64,000 nt of DNA from Gracilinanus agilis (taxonomy: Eukaryota). The position numbers were made by a program, and so were the translations under genes. Positions within the stretch are counted from its first letter, which is position 1. Every line of letters starts with the position of its first letter. The stretch covers positions 728,828,827 through 728,892,826 of the forward strand of contig NC_058130.1 of assembly GCF_016433145.1 (NCBI RefSeq), given 5' to 3'. This document shows positions 23,570 to 35,651 of this stretch, one piece after another. The notes below the pieces were generated by a model. It did no database searches. It was given only the letters and a program-made list of their open reading frames with translations, and was not told the DNA's origin.

Positions 23570-25230
23570 AGATTATGTATTGGTGAGAGAAGAAATGAAA
23601 CAAAGCTAGATAACAGATACACACACAGTACACAATATACAGAAGCAAATAACCCAGTAACCTAGTATCTGATAAACCCAAAGATCCCAGCTATTAGGGC
23701 AAAAACTCTCCATTTGATAAAGAATATTAGGAAAACTGGAAAGTGGTTTGCCAGAAACAGGTATGGACTGACATCTTATACTATGCTATATACCAAGATA
23801 AGCTCAAAATTATTTAGACATACAAGGTGAAATCAAAAGCAAATTGGTGGAACATGGAAGACATTATCTGTCAGTTCTATGGCTGGCGGAAGAGTTCATT
23901 ACCAAACTAGACAGATTCACAGAAGGAAAAACAGATAAATTTAGAAGAATAAGTCATTCTCCAATGGATAAACTTTCCAAGGCTATGAGGATGAATAGGC
24001 AGTTCTCAAAGGAAGAAATAAAAACTATCAATAACTATATATAAAAAAATTCTCTATTGCTAAGAGAAGTGCAAATTAAAACAACTCAGAGGTACCATCT
24101 CACACCCATCAGACTGGCTCAGATCACAAAAAAGGAAAATGACAAATGCTAGAAGGGATATGGAAACAGGCATACTAATGCATTATTTTAAAAAAACTCT
24201 TAACTTCAGTCTTAGAATCAATACTATGCATTGGTCCCACAGTGTTAAGGGCTAGGCAATGGGGGTTAAGTGACTTGCTCAGGGTCACCCAGCTAGGAAG
24301 TGTCTGAGGCCAGATTTGAACCTAGGACCTCCTGTCTCTAGGCCTGGCTCTCAATCCACTGAGTCCCCAGCGGCTCCTAATGCATTCTTCTTGATGGGAG
24401 CTGCGAACTATTTAAATCATTCTAGAAACCAATTTGGAACTGTGCCCAAAAGCTATTAAATTGGGCATACCCTATGACCCAATTTCTCTACCCCAAAGAG
24501 AGAAAAGAAAGTGGGAAAGGACCCACATGTATAAGAATATTTATAGCAGCTTTCTGTGGTAGCAAACTGGAAACTGAGGGGGCGCCTATCAATCAAGGAA
24601 TGACTGAACAAGCTGTGCAAGGTAAATATAATATTGTGCTAATAGAAATGATGAAGGGAATTTGAGAAATCTAGGAAAACAATTTCTACAGCAACAACAC
24701 TGATGAAATCTAGGAACTCTAATCAACAACAACCCACTGTAATTCCAAAGGACTAATGAAAAAACTTCCTAGCAGCAAGATATATGGGGAACCGAGTCTG
24801 GCTCGGATCACAAAAAGGAAAACGACAAATGCTGGGAGAGATGTGGGAAAACAGGGACACTAATGTACTCTTCGTAGCTGGTGGAGCTGTGAACTAGAGC
24901 AACCATTCTGGAACACAATTTGGAAGTATGCCCAAAAGGCTATTAAACTGTGCATATCCTTTCACCCAGCAATTTCTCTACAAGATCTATACCCTAAAGA
25001 ATCAAAAGAAAATGGGAAAGGTCCCATATGTGTGAGAATATTTACAACAGCTCTTTCTGTGTTGGCAAAGAATTAGAAACTGAGGGAATACCCATGAATG
25101 GGGAAATGGCTGAATTATGGCAAATGAATGTTATCAAATACTACTGCGCTGCAAAAAAAATTATTAAAGGGACAGTTTCCAAAAAACCTGGTAAGACTTG
25201 TATGAATGGACACAAAGTGCGCAGAGGGCA
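23570..25230 (+). mobile_element. Two tandem LINE-1 ORF2/3' fragments
   Basis: 'gataaacccaaagatcccagcta...tttgataaa' and 'gagaagtgcaaattaaaacaactcagaggtaccatctcacaccc'. The interval starting 'gatcacaaaaa(a)ggaaaa(t/c)gacaaatgct' occurs twice (~24120 and ~24805). Confidence 0.85.
24185..24376 (-). mobile_element. Marsupial CORE-SINE inserted into L1, 10-bp TSD
   Basis: Reverse-complement SINE. TSD CTAATGCATT at 24175-24184 and 24377-24386. Confidence 0.9.
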
Positions 25231-26394
25231 AACAACCACTCTCATTGAACTTTAACAGGGTCAAGAAAATGAAATCTGGGTGGCCTGCCATGCATTCTAG
25301 GTGTTACGTCAGATTTCAAAGAATTGAGGGAAAGGACAGTTAGGATTCAATATTTCATAAAGAAATTAGCTCAAAAGAGACAGGAAGCTCTCAAGCATGA
25401 AACTCTAAAGGCAAAAAAAATAGTTCTAGCAGGGATGAATAATGATGACTAATATTTATATAGTCCTTACTTTTGTGCAAGGCACTGTGCTAAAAGTTTT
25501 ACAACGATATTCTTATTTAATCCTCACAACCCTAGGAGGTAGGTGCTATAATTATCACCATTTCACAGATGAGAAAACTGAGGCGAATACAGGTTGGGTG
25601 GCTTACCTGGGGTCACACAGTTATTAAGTGTCTGAGGTCGGATTTGAACTCAGGTCTTCCTGACTCAAGGCCCATCTAGCTGCCCCATAAATGAATTTGA
25701 GATGTTTAAAGTTACTGGTAGAGACACAAAGGGAATGCAGTCGGCCACCAAATCTACCATTAAATCTTAGTGTACTGAAAGCCAGGCAGATGTGAGAGCT
25801 GAGTCAGTGTCGATGATGATCTTAATAAAATTCTGGGGAATGAGAAGTACAATAGCAAAATGTCTTCTTTTCTAGAGGCCCAAATCTACAAACATGATTT
25901 TTACTCCGGCTGAGACTCTAGAGCATATCAAGAAAATGGTTTCCGAGGAGAGCGATTATCAAAGACCAAAGGAGCCTCACTAAAATAGGCCGTGTATTCC
26001 CAAGATCTGGAGTCTGCTTTGGCTATTTTTTTAAAGCCTGGGGGGTAAGGATGGGGGAGGGAGGGAAAGAGGGACTAGTGATAGTGACATAAAAAAGAGG
26101 AAATAAGAGAGTACCACGGCAGCATTTTTTAAAAGTGCAGCAAAGAGAACAGGAAGAGGTTAGAAGGCGACAAATATAAGCAGAACAGCATTGAAACTAA
26201 TGTGTTAAATTTATTATGTAATTTTGAGAAGAAATGCAAGCTTATGGAAGGGAGATTGATGGCTTCAGACAGTTCTCTTTTTCTGTTCCTGTATGTAGGG
26301 GGAAAGAGTTTTATTTGTTGTTTTGGGGCAAGTTTGGAATAACAAAAAAAGTTCTTAAGAGTTGTTGGTTTGTTTGCCTAACCTCATTTCCATT

Positions 26395-26770
26395 TGCTAT
26401 AGGCATAGCACTCTTAGATTTCAGCAAAACATTTGATGAAGTCACTCGAGCTATGCCGGGGACAAGACGGAGAGGTAGGGGGATTAAAGGATAGCATACA
26501 TGCTTAACGATGCTATAGCTGAAGGCTTATCTAGCACACTTGTAAAATGGACAGATGACACAAAGTTGGCAGGGCTTAGTAACATGTTGGATGAGAATCA
26601 GGATCCAAAAAGATCTTGGTGGATCAAGACGATGGACCAATTTGATTGAGACTGAATTTTGGTACAACTGGGTTCACTGAAACCTAATGGAACTTAACAA
26701 GGATGAAAGTCAAATTTTACATTTGGACTGAAAAAAATCCATTTCCCAAATGCAGCCTGGGTGAAGCTGT
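26395..26770 (+). mobile_element. CR1/L3 LINE reverse-transcriptase remnant
   Basis: LDFSKTFD (CR1 RT motif xDFSKAFD) and 'gacagatgacacaaagttggcaggg' (ADDTKLGG-like). Confidence 0.7.
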
Positions 26771-27869
26771 GTAGGCAGAACCAGGAGCAATTTTGCGGGC
26801 AGTTAGGCTTGCTCCAAGAAAAAAATAGTTCAACAAGTCCTCAAAAGTGAAGGAGGCTGATATGGGTGGAAAAAAAGTTTCTTATCCTTATTGTCTCCAA
26901 GCAGAAGCTCTGCAATGACTTCCTTGAGTGCTACAGAAACTTTGAGAGAATGTTCTAAAAGGGACTCTGGCTTTGAAGTCCCTTCCAATTCCTGATTCTA
27001 TTTAGGTCACATAGGAAGCCAGTGAGAGAGCTGGAACCAGAATCTGGTTTCCGTCCAGTATTATCCTCTATTGTATATCTATCTTGCTTTCCTAACTAAT
27101 TTCTTTCAAGCAGGGACTATCTCCTCCTGTCTTTCTCCTATCATATGTAGGCAATGTTCTTTGTAAGGAACTGTCCACCTATGCAGAACTGCAGAGAACA
27201 GTGAGCTAGGCCTTTGAAGTCTAGGCCTCGTGGAGGGCTGTGAAATATGTGCTAGGTGGTAGGGGAGGGATTTGGGAAGGGGCCTGCACTGTCACCTCTG
27301 TAGCAGGCTACCTGAGCACACATTTGTGAAGTGTTTGTGAAACACCTGCCTGGGGCCAGGGCCGAGCTTGTCAAATGAATGCATGACATTGGCTTCATTA
27401 GAACCAAGCTCAAATTGAGTTAAGAGGTCAGACAACGCCACAAGAATATAAAGTGATTTAAAACTGCCCTCCCAGAGTATTTGCAACGTGTATCCTCGCT
27501 AGGACCTCTTTGGATGTTTTCATCCACCCCTCCTTCCCTTGACTAAGGTTCAAAAACACCCCCAGAGCTGGGAAACAATGCCTATTAAATCTAGGATTCA
27601 GGCCTGGGGTGACAAACTCAATTCTAGGGTTAATGGGGAGAAGTGGACACAAAGCACAATTCTGGGAAGATCCCGGTCATATTTGGTAAATACAGTTCAA
27701 GAGGAAGGAACTCTGGCCAGGTCTTGGCAACAAAGTTCCTTACAGTCAGAAGTGGGTCACTTCTTAGCAGAATTTCACTTCCCAAGTGACTTCTGCCTAG
27801 GACCGTGCTGTAGCTTAACGAGACTATTTTCCACATTACTCCACTCAACGTAAACAAGGTAGAAACCTA

Positions 27870-27875
27870 TTTAAT
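27870..27875 (-). terminator. SF3A2: Probable SF3A2 poly(A) signal ATTAAA
   Basis: About 114 nt downstream of the stop codon on the minus strand. Confidence 0.55.
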
Positions 27876-27988
27876 CAACTTTTGAGGACAGAGTCCAAAC
27901 CCCTATACAAAAACCATCAAAACTTGTCTTTGGGAAAATGATGAAATGTAAATAAAAACCAACTTGGTAGGGGAGGAAGAAAAACTTT

Positions 27989-29059
27989 TCAATTGGTTGG
28001 TGGAGGAGGAGGAATATTTCCAGGCCCTTCTGAGGGAAGAGGGGGCCGCAACATTGGGGGCATAGGAGTTGGGGGATGTACTCCTGGGTTTGGGGGGTGT
28101 ACACCTGGGGCTTGGGGGTGAACCCCTGGAGCTTGGGGATGAACCCCTGGAGCCTGAGGGTGAACCCCAGGAGCTTGAGGATGAACCCCTGGAGCCTGAG
28201 GGTGAACCCCTGGAGCCTGGGGGTGAACTCCAGGTGCTTGGGGGTGAACTCCTGGAGCCTGAGGATGAACTCCTGGAGCCTGGGGATGAACCCCAGGAGC
28301 CTGGGGGTGTACCCCAGGTGCTTGGGGATGAACCCCTGGAGCTTGGGGGTGAACCCCAGGTGCTTGGGGGTGTACCCCTGGAGCCTGAGGATGAACCCCA
28401 GGTGCTTGGGGGTGTACTCCAGGACCTTGAGGGTGAACCCCAGGTGCTTGGGGATGAACTCCTGGAGCCTGAGGATGAACCCCAGGTGCTTGGGGGTGAA
28501 CTCCTGGAGCCTGAGGATGAACCCCTGGAGCCTGAGGGTGCACGCCTGGAGCCTGGGGGTGAACCCCTGGAGCCTGAGGATGCACCCCAGGTGCTGGGGG
28601 ATGTACCCCAGGAGCCGGGGGATGTACCCCAGGAGCTGGGGGATGCACTCCTGGAGCAGGAGGGTGCACCCCTGGAGCAGGAGGGTGTACTCCGGGAGCA
28701 GGAGGGTGTACTCCGGGAGCAGGTGGGTGGACCCCAGGAGCTGGAGGGTGAACCCCAGGAGCAGGTGGGTGAACCCCAGGAGCTGGAGGGTGAACCCCAG
28801 GAGCAGGAGGATGAACTCCAGGTGCAGGAGGGGGCATCTGAGGAGGCCCAGGAGGGCCTGGGGGTGCAGGCCCACTGGGAGGCATGGGTGGCAGAGGCAT
28901 GCCACCTGGAGGTGGAGGTGGCAAAGACTCTGGCAGAGGTGGCCGAGGAGGCAAACCATTCATCAGTGGGGGTGGGGGCCGCTTCACTCCAGGAGGCCCA
29001 GCAGGGAGGGCTGGAGGAGCAGGAGGCTTCTCCATCTTAAAATGGAACTGGAGAAAAAA
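27989..29059 (-). CDS. SF3A2: SF3A2 last coding exon (proline-rich tail)
   Basis: ttttccttttag|FFLQFHFKMEKPPAPP...MPPMLRPPLPSEGPGNIPPPPPTN*; the C-terminus matches human SF3A2. Confidence 0.98.
   Translation of the reverse strand, partial: FFLQFHFKMEKPPAPPALPAGPPGVKRPPPPLMNGLPPRPPLPESLPPPPPGGMPLPPMPPSGPAPPGPPGPPQMPPPAPGVHPPAPGVHPPAPGVHPPAPGVHPPAPGVHPPAPGVHPPAPGVHPPAPGVHPPAPGVHPPAPGVHPPAPGVHPPAPGVHPQAPGVHPQAPGVHPQAPGVHPQAPGVHPQAPGVHPQAPGVHPQAPGVHPQGPGVHPQAPGVHPQAPGVHPQAPGVHPQAPGVHPQAPGVHPQAPGVHPQAPGVHPQAPGVHPQAPGVHPQAPGVHPQAPGVHPQAPGVHPQAPGVHPQAPGVHPQAPGVHPPNPGVHPPTPMPPMLRPPLPSEGPGNIPPPPPTN
28064..28819 (-). repeat. SF3A2: Coding 21-bp minisatellite: 36 x GVHPxxP heptad
   Basis: 756 nt = 11 GVHPPAP + 22 GVHPQAP + 1 GVHPQGP + GVHPPNP + GVHPPTP. 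Confidence 0.95.
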
Positions 29060-29746
29060 CTAAAAGGAAAAGAGAAAGATGAGGAAGCAAATCCTCTAAG
29101 AGACATGACATCCTGCAAGAGCCACCAAGCTGACTCCCATACCTATAGCAGGGAATTCAATAAGCTTCCCTTGGAGTTGCTTCTTTATTTTAAAGCAGGC
29201 ACGCAAGCCTTCCCAATATGCTCTGCAATCTAGAGTGGGAAAAATGGCTCCAAGAAGCCACTATCTTAATCTATCACTAGCTGGGTATAAATGACCCACC
29301 TGACTTCTAGTCTACCAACAGCCTCACTGAGTAAAAAACTGTCTTGGCTGCACATTCGTGAGCAAGCGGCTTCCCAGTGAGGGCCTTGGCTGTAAGCTGT
29401 AGTGGTGAACTGGGTCAAGGGAGATCTCTAGGTCACAGTGGGGTGCAGACATAAGAGGAAACTTGGGGCTGAATGGGAGTCTTAGCAAGGGAAGCCTCCA
29501 CACAAACAAGTTCACTTTTTGTCATGCGATACAAAATAGTTCTGATTTGATCACGCCTAGAGGTTTGAAAGTGTCTACCACCAGGGTACACTCCTCTGGG
29601 AACCAAGGGGACCACTTCCTAGCGTAGGAGGTTACTCTTGCCAAGGGTTAGAGGGCCCTCCAAATTAGAAAAGTTTAGGGCCAGAAAAGATCTCAAAATC
29701 ATCTAGGCCAATTCCTTCTTCTTTTAGGTAAGCAACCATCAGTTAC

Positions 29747-29815
29747 CTGCTTAGTTTCTCTGTTCCAGTGGGTCCAAAACTTCCCTTCTGCCTTGTCAAT
29801 CTCTCTACTTGGCAC
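29747..29815 (-). CDS. SF3A2: SF3A2 coding exon 7 (69 nt)
   Basis: VPSREIDKAEGKFWTHWNRETKQ; GT-AG. Confidence 0.98.
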
Positions 29816-29975
29816 CTGAACAGGAAGGAAAAGATTAGGTAGGGAATAGCTGAGGGATAATCTCTTAGGTTTCTGTTTATATCCACTCCAGGCATGCAGA
29901 TATATAAAGCTGCTAAAAATGGGGAGAGGAAAAGGAGACGGAGAGGGTTTGGTATCTTTCAAGATCACACTATTA

Positions 29976-30160
29976 GGGGAAGCTAGGTGGCTCAATGGAT
30001 AGAGAGATAAGAGGTTCAGGTTCAAATCTGACCTCAAACAATTCCTATTTGTGTGACCCTGGGCAAGTCACTTAACTCCCATTGCCTAGCCCTTACCACT
30101 CTTCTGCCTAGGAACTGATACTTGGAATCAACTATAAAACAGAAAGAGTTAAAAAAAAAA
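29976..30160 (+). mobile_element. Marsupial CORE-SINE
   Basis: Head/core/tail; short direct repeat ATCACAC on both sides. Confidence 0.85.
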
Positions 30161-31574
30161 TCACACATGCATGGATCCCATGATTATCTCCGTATGGGGT
30201 CAAAGGTCTGAAGGCTTCTAGTTTAGACCATTAGAGACCAGGAGTTGCTTTTGGCTGAGATTTAGGATCGTGATAAGTGCTAAAAGGCCCTTAAAGATCA
30301 TCTAATAATGCTGGTGGGGGAATGGCAACAGGTAATTTGTCCAGTCACATGGTTATTTTTGACCCAGCCCAGGAAAAGAATTTCACATGCAAGCATGGAG
30401 ATACTTGGAGTGAGGATTTCACTATTACCTATGAAGGTTTACCTGTCCTGATTGTCACAGTCTGGTCCCATCTTAGTTTTATAACCATATCTCCCATTCT
30501 TTTCTGACAGAAATCCTCCACTCCAGGCAAGATGCATATACCCTCCTCCTTCTGGCTACTATTTATTTGTCCTTCAAACTCCAGAGCAAGTCTTGCCATT
30601 CCATGAAGTCTCCTTTCTAGCCCACTATTTTCTAATTCCTATGAAACTTATTGATTGTAGCTCACAATCAGCTTTTGGCTACAAAGCAGTGTAGTATAAC
30701 AGAGAAAGTTCTCAATTTACAATTGGGGACCTTGGTTCAAATCCTGGTTCTGTCCTGACCACCTGTATAGCTCTGGACAAGTCCCCTAATTTTTCTGATC
30801 CTCAATTTCCTCATCTGTAAGACCAAGAGATTTGACTAATGACTCTTAAGGTCCTTTCAATCAACTGATTAAAAAACATTTAAGTGCCAGGTACATGGAA
30901 AAACTGTATGAGAGGTGGCTTCTAGCTCTAGCTGTATCTTAAAAAGAAGCTGAAGTGAGAGAGAATTTTCAACATGGGGAATGCTTGTGCCAGGGCATAG
31001 AGATGGGTGCTATGTTGAGTGAATGAAGAACCATGAAAAGACCACAGAATTCCAAAAGAGGAATAAGGTGCAATGAGGCTGGAAAGATGGTTAGGATCAG
31101 GTTGTGAAGGAGTTTGAAAATCAAACAGAAGTGTTCATAGGTGTCTCTAAAACCAATGGAGTTTGGTATCTTTCCTTGGGCTTTTTTAAAGTATGGTGGT
31201 GACTTAGGCATGTCTGAAGACAGCAAGAAATAAACTAGTGATCAAAGGAGAGATGATGGAGCAGACAATGTACTGGAAAAGGCAAGAGGAGATAGGATCA
31301 CATCAGGGGCACACCTAGTGGATCAACAAGCCTTTGTTAAATGCCCACTCTTTGCCAGGCACTGTGTGAAAATCTGGAAATACAAAGAAAGATAAAAATA
31401 GTTCTTGCCTTCAAAGAACTTACACTCCAATGCAACTCATATTTTTTTTGGGGGGGGGGGGAATGACACACTTTATCAGTAAGTAGGTACACAGAAGATA
31501 TATACAGAATACATGGAAGCTATTCTTAGAGGGAAAGTGTATGTTTGGAATTGGGGAGATGCCATTCCAAAGTA

Positions 31575-31904
31575 TGTTACAAATTTCCTATGGACATGTG
31601 GGGACTGTGAGACTACATTTCCCGTGATTCCAATGGGTTTCCAGTTTTTGGGCATGGGGACATCAAACGTCACCACGCATAGGGCAGTTTAAGTTCGGAG
31701 GAGGGCCTAGAGAAAGTCTCTTGGTTTTCCTGGGTGGCTGGCTGGCTGGCGTACGAGAGAGAGAGAGAGAGAGAGGATGGGCTCTGGCGGTAAATTTAAA
31801 AGATAGTCAAGCGTGATTATATATATATTTCACCAACAAAGCCATGGGTATTATAATATTAATTTCTCTTATACTATCAGTCTTTATCATTTTTAATTGT
31901 AACA
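31575..31904. mobile_element. Probable solo ERV LTR (~330 bp) in an SF3A2 intron
   Basis: TG...CA ends with an 8-bp inverted terminus (TGTTACAA / TTGTAACA), locally CpG-rich, internal (GA)n and (TA)n. It interrupts L2-like sequence. TSD not clean. Confidence 0.55.
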
Positions 31905-32801
31905 AAAGGTTCTATCAGAAGAGGAGAATGGGAAAGGCCTCTTGCAGGGGCCATTTGAATTAAAGCTTATGAATAAGGAAAGCATTTCAAAGAAAAGGTC
32001 AAGCAGTACAAAGGTAAGAGTGGCACACGTGAGAGAGAGATGAAGGTAAAAAGGACAATGCCAACAGATGAGAGTGAGGCACCAAAAATGATATGAGGCA
32101 ATGAATCCCACTGACTGGGAGGATGGTCTTTTCATCTGTATGATAAACCTGAAAATGGAGGGTTTGGAGGACAAGATGATAGGTTCTGTTTTGGATATGT
32201 TGAGTTAAGGATGACTATGGGACACCTAGTTTAAGGTGTATAGCACACAACTGAGGATGTGGGCCCGGAGCTCAGAAGACTTGGGCTGGAGATAAGAATT
32301 TTCAGAGAGTGAAAGAAAGTAACAGTGTCAGGCTGTGTTAGCAAACCTATAGTACACGTGCTAGGGAAGGCACTAAGAGCCCTCTCTGTGGGTATGCCCA
32401 CTGTCGCCCCAGCACAAAGTTCGCCAGAGTTCATTACAAGAAAGCCAGAGGATGTGGGGTAGGGATGCTCCTCTCTGGCTCTCCACACAGTTTGCATTTG
32501 GAGCATTTGGTCTCTAAAAGGTTTGCCATCGCTGCTGTAAGGGGTAACATTCAGCTTTAAATCTACCGTCCTACTGATATCCTATAGCATCTTCTCTTAT
32601 ATGCCTGATATCCTCAAGTGGACTATGTTTCTGAGTAGGGATGACAATTATAATCTACATATTAAATCTACCAGATTTAAATATGGTAGGCTCAATAAAT
32701 ACTGGAAAAACTGTTTTAGAGGAAGGATGCAGTGACCTGGTAGACAATACAAGAAGGGCAAAGGGAAAGAAGCACAACTTCCCAGCTCCCTCCTACATTA
32801 C

Positions 32802-32942
32802 CTTGAAAGCAATAGTTTCATAGGGCTCAGCTGCCATTAAAAGATACTGCCAGCGTCTGTCTGGGGGTTCAATCCTCTGCTCGTATGCAGACATGAACCG
32901 ATGGCGTGGCATGATGCTCTCAGCAATCTCAGGATAATCAAT
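32802..32942 (-). CDS. SF3A2: SF3A2 coding exon 6 (141 nt)
   Basis: IDYPEIAESIMPRHRFMSAYEQRIEPPDRRWQYLLMAAEPYETIAFK. Confidence 0.98.
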
Positions 32943-33210
32943 CTGCAAAGAGAAGCCCAGGAGCAAAATGAAGTATTGCAATTAACGCAAAGGGAGGAAG
33001 GGAAAAAGCATTAACCGTGATTTCATTTTTTTGTGATCACATTCCTACTAAGGAACTGGGACAGCTCAGCCAGAGTAGTATAACTCTGAAATGTAGATCA
33101 GGTTTGCTCTTTGGGCTCTTATGAACCCTGATCACATGCTGAGAACTAGTACACAGGGGATCAGGATTACCCATAAAGGGAGGCAGGATGTGGGGAGGTG
33201 GTCTCCTTAC

Positions 33211-33260
33211 CTGGAAGAGGAGGCTCTGCTGGCCCATTTCTGTATCCCGTTGTTTAGTCA
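33211..33260 (-). CDS. SF3A2: SF3A2 coding exon 5 (50 nt)
   Basis: (V)TKQRDTEMGQQSLLFQ; donor CAG|GTAAGG. Confidence 0.97.
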
Positions 33261-34347
33261 CTGGCATAGACAAAGAAGTAGTCAGCAATTCTAGCAAAGC
33301 CCAAATCCCAAGTCCACCCCAATGGCTTTAGCCCTCCCCACCCCTCCTCTTTTTTTGAGCTATACTACTTAAGAGTATGTCCTACACTATTTTCCTACAT
33401 AGATGATAGGAGATTTGAGGGGGAGGCTGGTGTCATCTTCTATGGTCCCTACAGGGCCCAGTACTTGGCCAAGAGAGCACACTGAAAAAAAAAAAGGGGG
33501 TGGGGGGGATAATGCCTGCTGAATGATGAGGGCAGAGCATCAAAAATCATGGCCAGGCTGGTTGCCTCAATATCCTAACACTTGCAGAGCTGACTGTGTT
33601 ATTCCAGAAATTCAGATTCTTGCTTCTCAGGTTTACAAAGTGTCCCCTGTGAAGGGTGGCACATTTACTTGCCATTTCACATGCAAGCAAACCTGAATGT
33701 ACGCTGCCCACTTGAATGGAGGTGGCAATCACTGATGGAAGCTAAATAAAGCAGATGCTGGTTCTTTGAAAGAAGTTGTCCTCTGACCCAAGATGAAACA
33801 TAGAACCTGTCTCCTCACAAATATGCAAGGGACTTGGGGTGCAGATCGAGTCACTGCTTTTTGGGGGAAGACCAATGGGGAAATCACTTTTCCTTGACTA
33901 TGAATATGTATTACAAGGACTTCCCCTCTTATTTTTTTTTTTTAACGATGAGGGAAAAAGAGAAAAAAACCCTAATTTTTTGTTCATTGAAAAAAAATTT
34001 TCTATGATAAAAAAATAAATTAAAATGTGTTCTCTGTATCTTGAAACAGTCTAAAAACAGTAACTACATTTATTATAGGTGTACTCCACTTTGCATTACA
34101 TATAAAAGACAATGTAGTACAGTGGAAAAAGCACTGGATTTCCAGGCCAGAAGACTGGAATTCCAATCCTGACTGCTATAAAATCCTGACTGCTGTTTGC
34201 CAACTGTATACTTAAAGGGGATACTTCACACTGCTGGACCTTAGTACAGCCTCTGTAAAAGGAGGCCTCTATGCTACCACCTAGCACCAAGAGTGACCCT
34301 CTGATACTTTAAAGGCCTATTAGGCAACTGTAAAAACTCTTCATTCA

Positions 34348-34547
34348 AGGGGCAGCTGGGTAGCTCAATGGATTGAGAGCCAGGCCTAGAGACAGGAGGT
34401 CCAAGGTTCAAATCTGGCCTCAGACACTTCCCAGCTGTGTGACCCTGGGCAAGTCACTTGACCCTCATTGCTTACCCTTACAACTCTTCCACCAAGGAGC
34501 CAATACACAGAAGTTAAGGGTTAAAAAACCAAAACAAAACAAAAAAC
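34348..34547 (+). mobile_element. Young CORE-SINE (short-tail variant), 11-bp TSD
   Basis: TSD CTCTTCATTCA at 34337-34347 and 34548-34558. Confidence 0.92.
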
Positions 34548-35458
34548 CTCTTCATTCACTTAGTATTTGTTAAGGGTACACTGTGTGCGGTATTACACTG
34601 TGCTAAACAGCCTCCTGGAAAGTCTTCTCATGTCTTCCCTCCAATAACCCTTCTTAAGTATCACTCTGGCCATGTTACTCTTCTGCTTAAATACCATCTG
34701 TGGCTCCTTGGTGCCCAATAAGGAAAATGTTCACTTTATGAGGCACCAAGACCCTCCATAATCTGGCACAATCTATCATTCCAACTTTATTTCATGTTAC
34801 TTCTACTTGGGTAGCCCAGTCTCAGATAACTTCACAATCCCATGAAGTTACTTTGCCCCTCAAATGCTGGCACTTATGCCATCCCTAATGCCTGGACTAT
34901 TCTCCTTCTCCTATTGTCTCATGCATTTCTACCCATGATTTGAAGCCTAATTAAAATGCCAGCTCCCCCATGAAAACTTCCGAGACCACTAATGCTAAAA
35001 CTGTATTTCTCAGCTCTCACTACTTTATATCTCTTTAAAGCCAATGCAATCCTGTATATTATAGTTTCCTGTGTTTGCCTTATCCCTCCCTCCCAGGCTA
35101 TCTGATCTCCCTCCAACACAAAATTCTGCACACTGGGGGTGTTTAATAACAGTTTCTTAGAGTGAAGATATTTCTAAAAACGACTATAAAATCAATTTAA
35201 ATAAGTAAGAGCAGAATAATCATAGGGGTGTGCTGGGAGAACAACAAATCTTGCCACAAAGTCAAGAGCACTTCTATAAAGATGAGCAACCACTCTTTGT
35301 TTTGTGACTAGGCTTTGTCCCAGGCTTGCTTAAGGACCTGCTTGGTCAAGGGGTTGGCTTTTGGCTGCTGGCTCCATAAAGCAGTCCAGCCTTTATACAA
35401 GATTTCTCCTGGGAGCAATTTTCTCTGAAATAAACAATAATTTAAAAATATACATACA

Positions 35459-35651
35459 GGGGGCAGCTGGGTAGCTCAGTGGATTGAGAGCCAGGCCTAG
35501 AGACGGGAGGTCCTAGGTTCAAATCCAGCCTCAGACACTTCCCAGCTGTGTGACCCTGGGCAAGTCACTTGACCCCCATTGCCCACCCTTACCATTCTTC
35601 CACCTAGGAGCCAATACACAGAAGTTAAGGGTTTAAAAAAAATAAAAAAAT
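35459..35651 (+). mobile_element. Young CORE-SINE (short-tail variant), 15-bp TSD with one mismatch
   Basis: AAAAATATACATACA 35444-35458 / AAAAATATACCTACA 35652-35666. Confidence 0.92.

Noticed and set aside
25978-25990. MEF2-like CTAAAATAG; also TTAAAAAATAG at ~14031
   Set aside because: Neither fits the 10-bp YTA(W)4TAR spacing, and the second is a SINE tail.
28064-28819. Regular repeat array that could be mistaken for CRISPR
   Set aside because: Contiguous in-frame tandem units with no unique spacers, inside a eukaryotic exon.
27871-29233. Long alternative-frame and antisense ORFs (28069-29040 +, 28076-29233 +, 27871-28959 -)
   Set aside because: By-products of the stop-free 21-bp coding repeat of SF3A2. 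Their boundaries track the repeat, and no independent promoter or homology is apparent.
29300-29427. Candidate 128-nt cassette exon in the last SF3A2 intron (minus strand; donor CAG|GTGGGT) that would frameshift off the proline tail
   Set aside because: Weak acceptor and no conservation evidence; such site pairs arise by chance.
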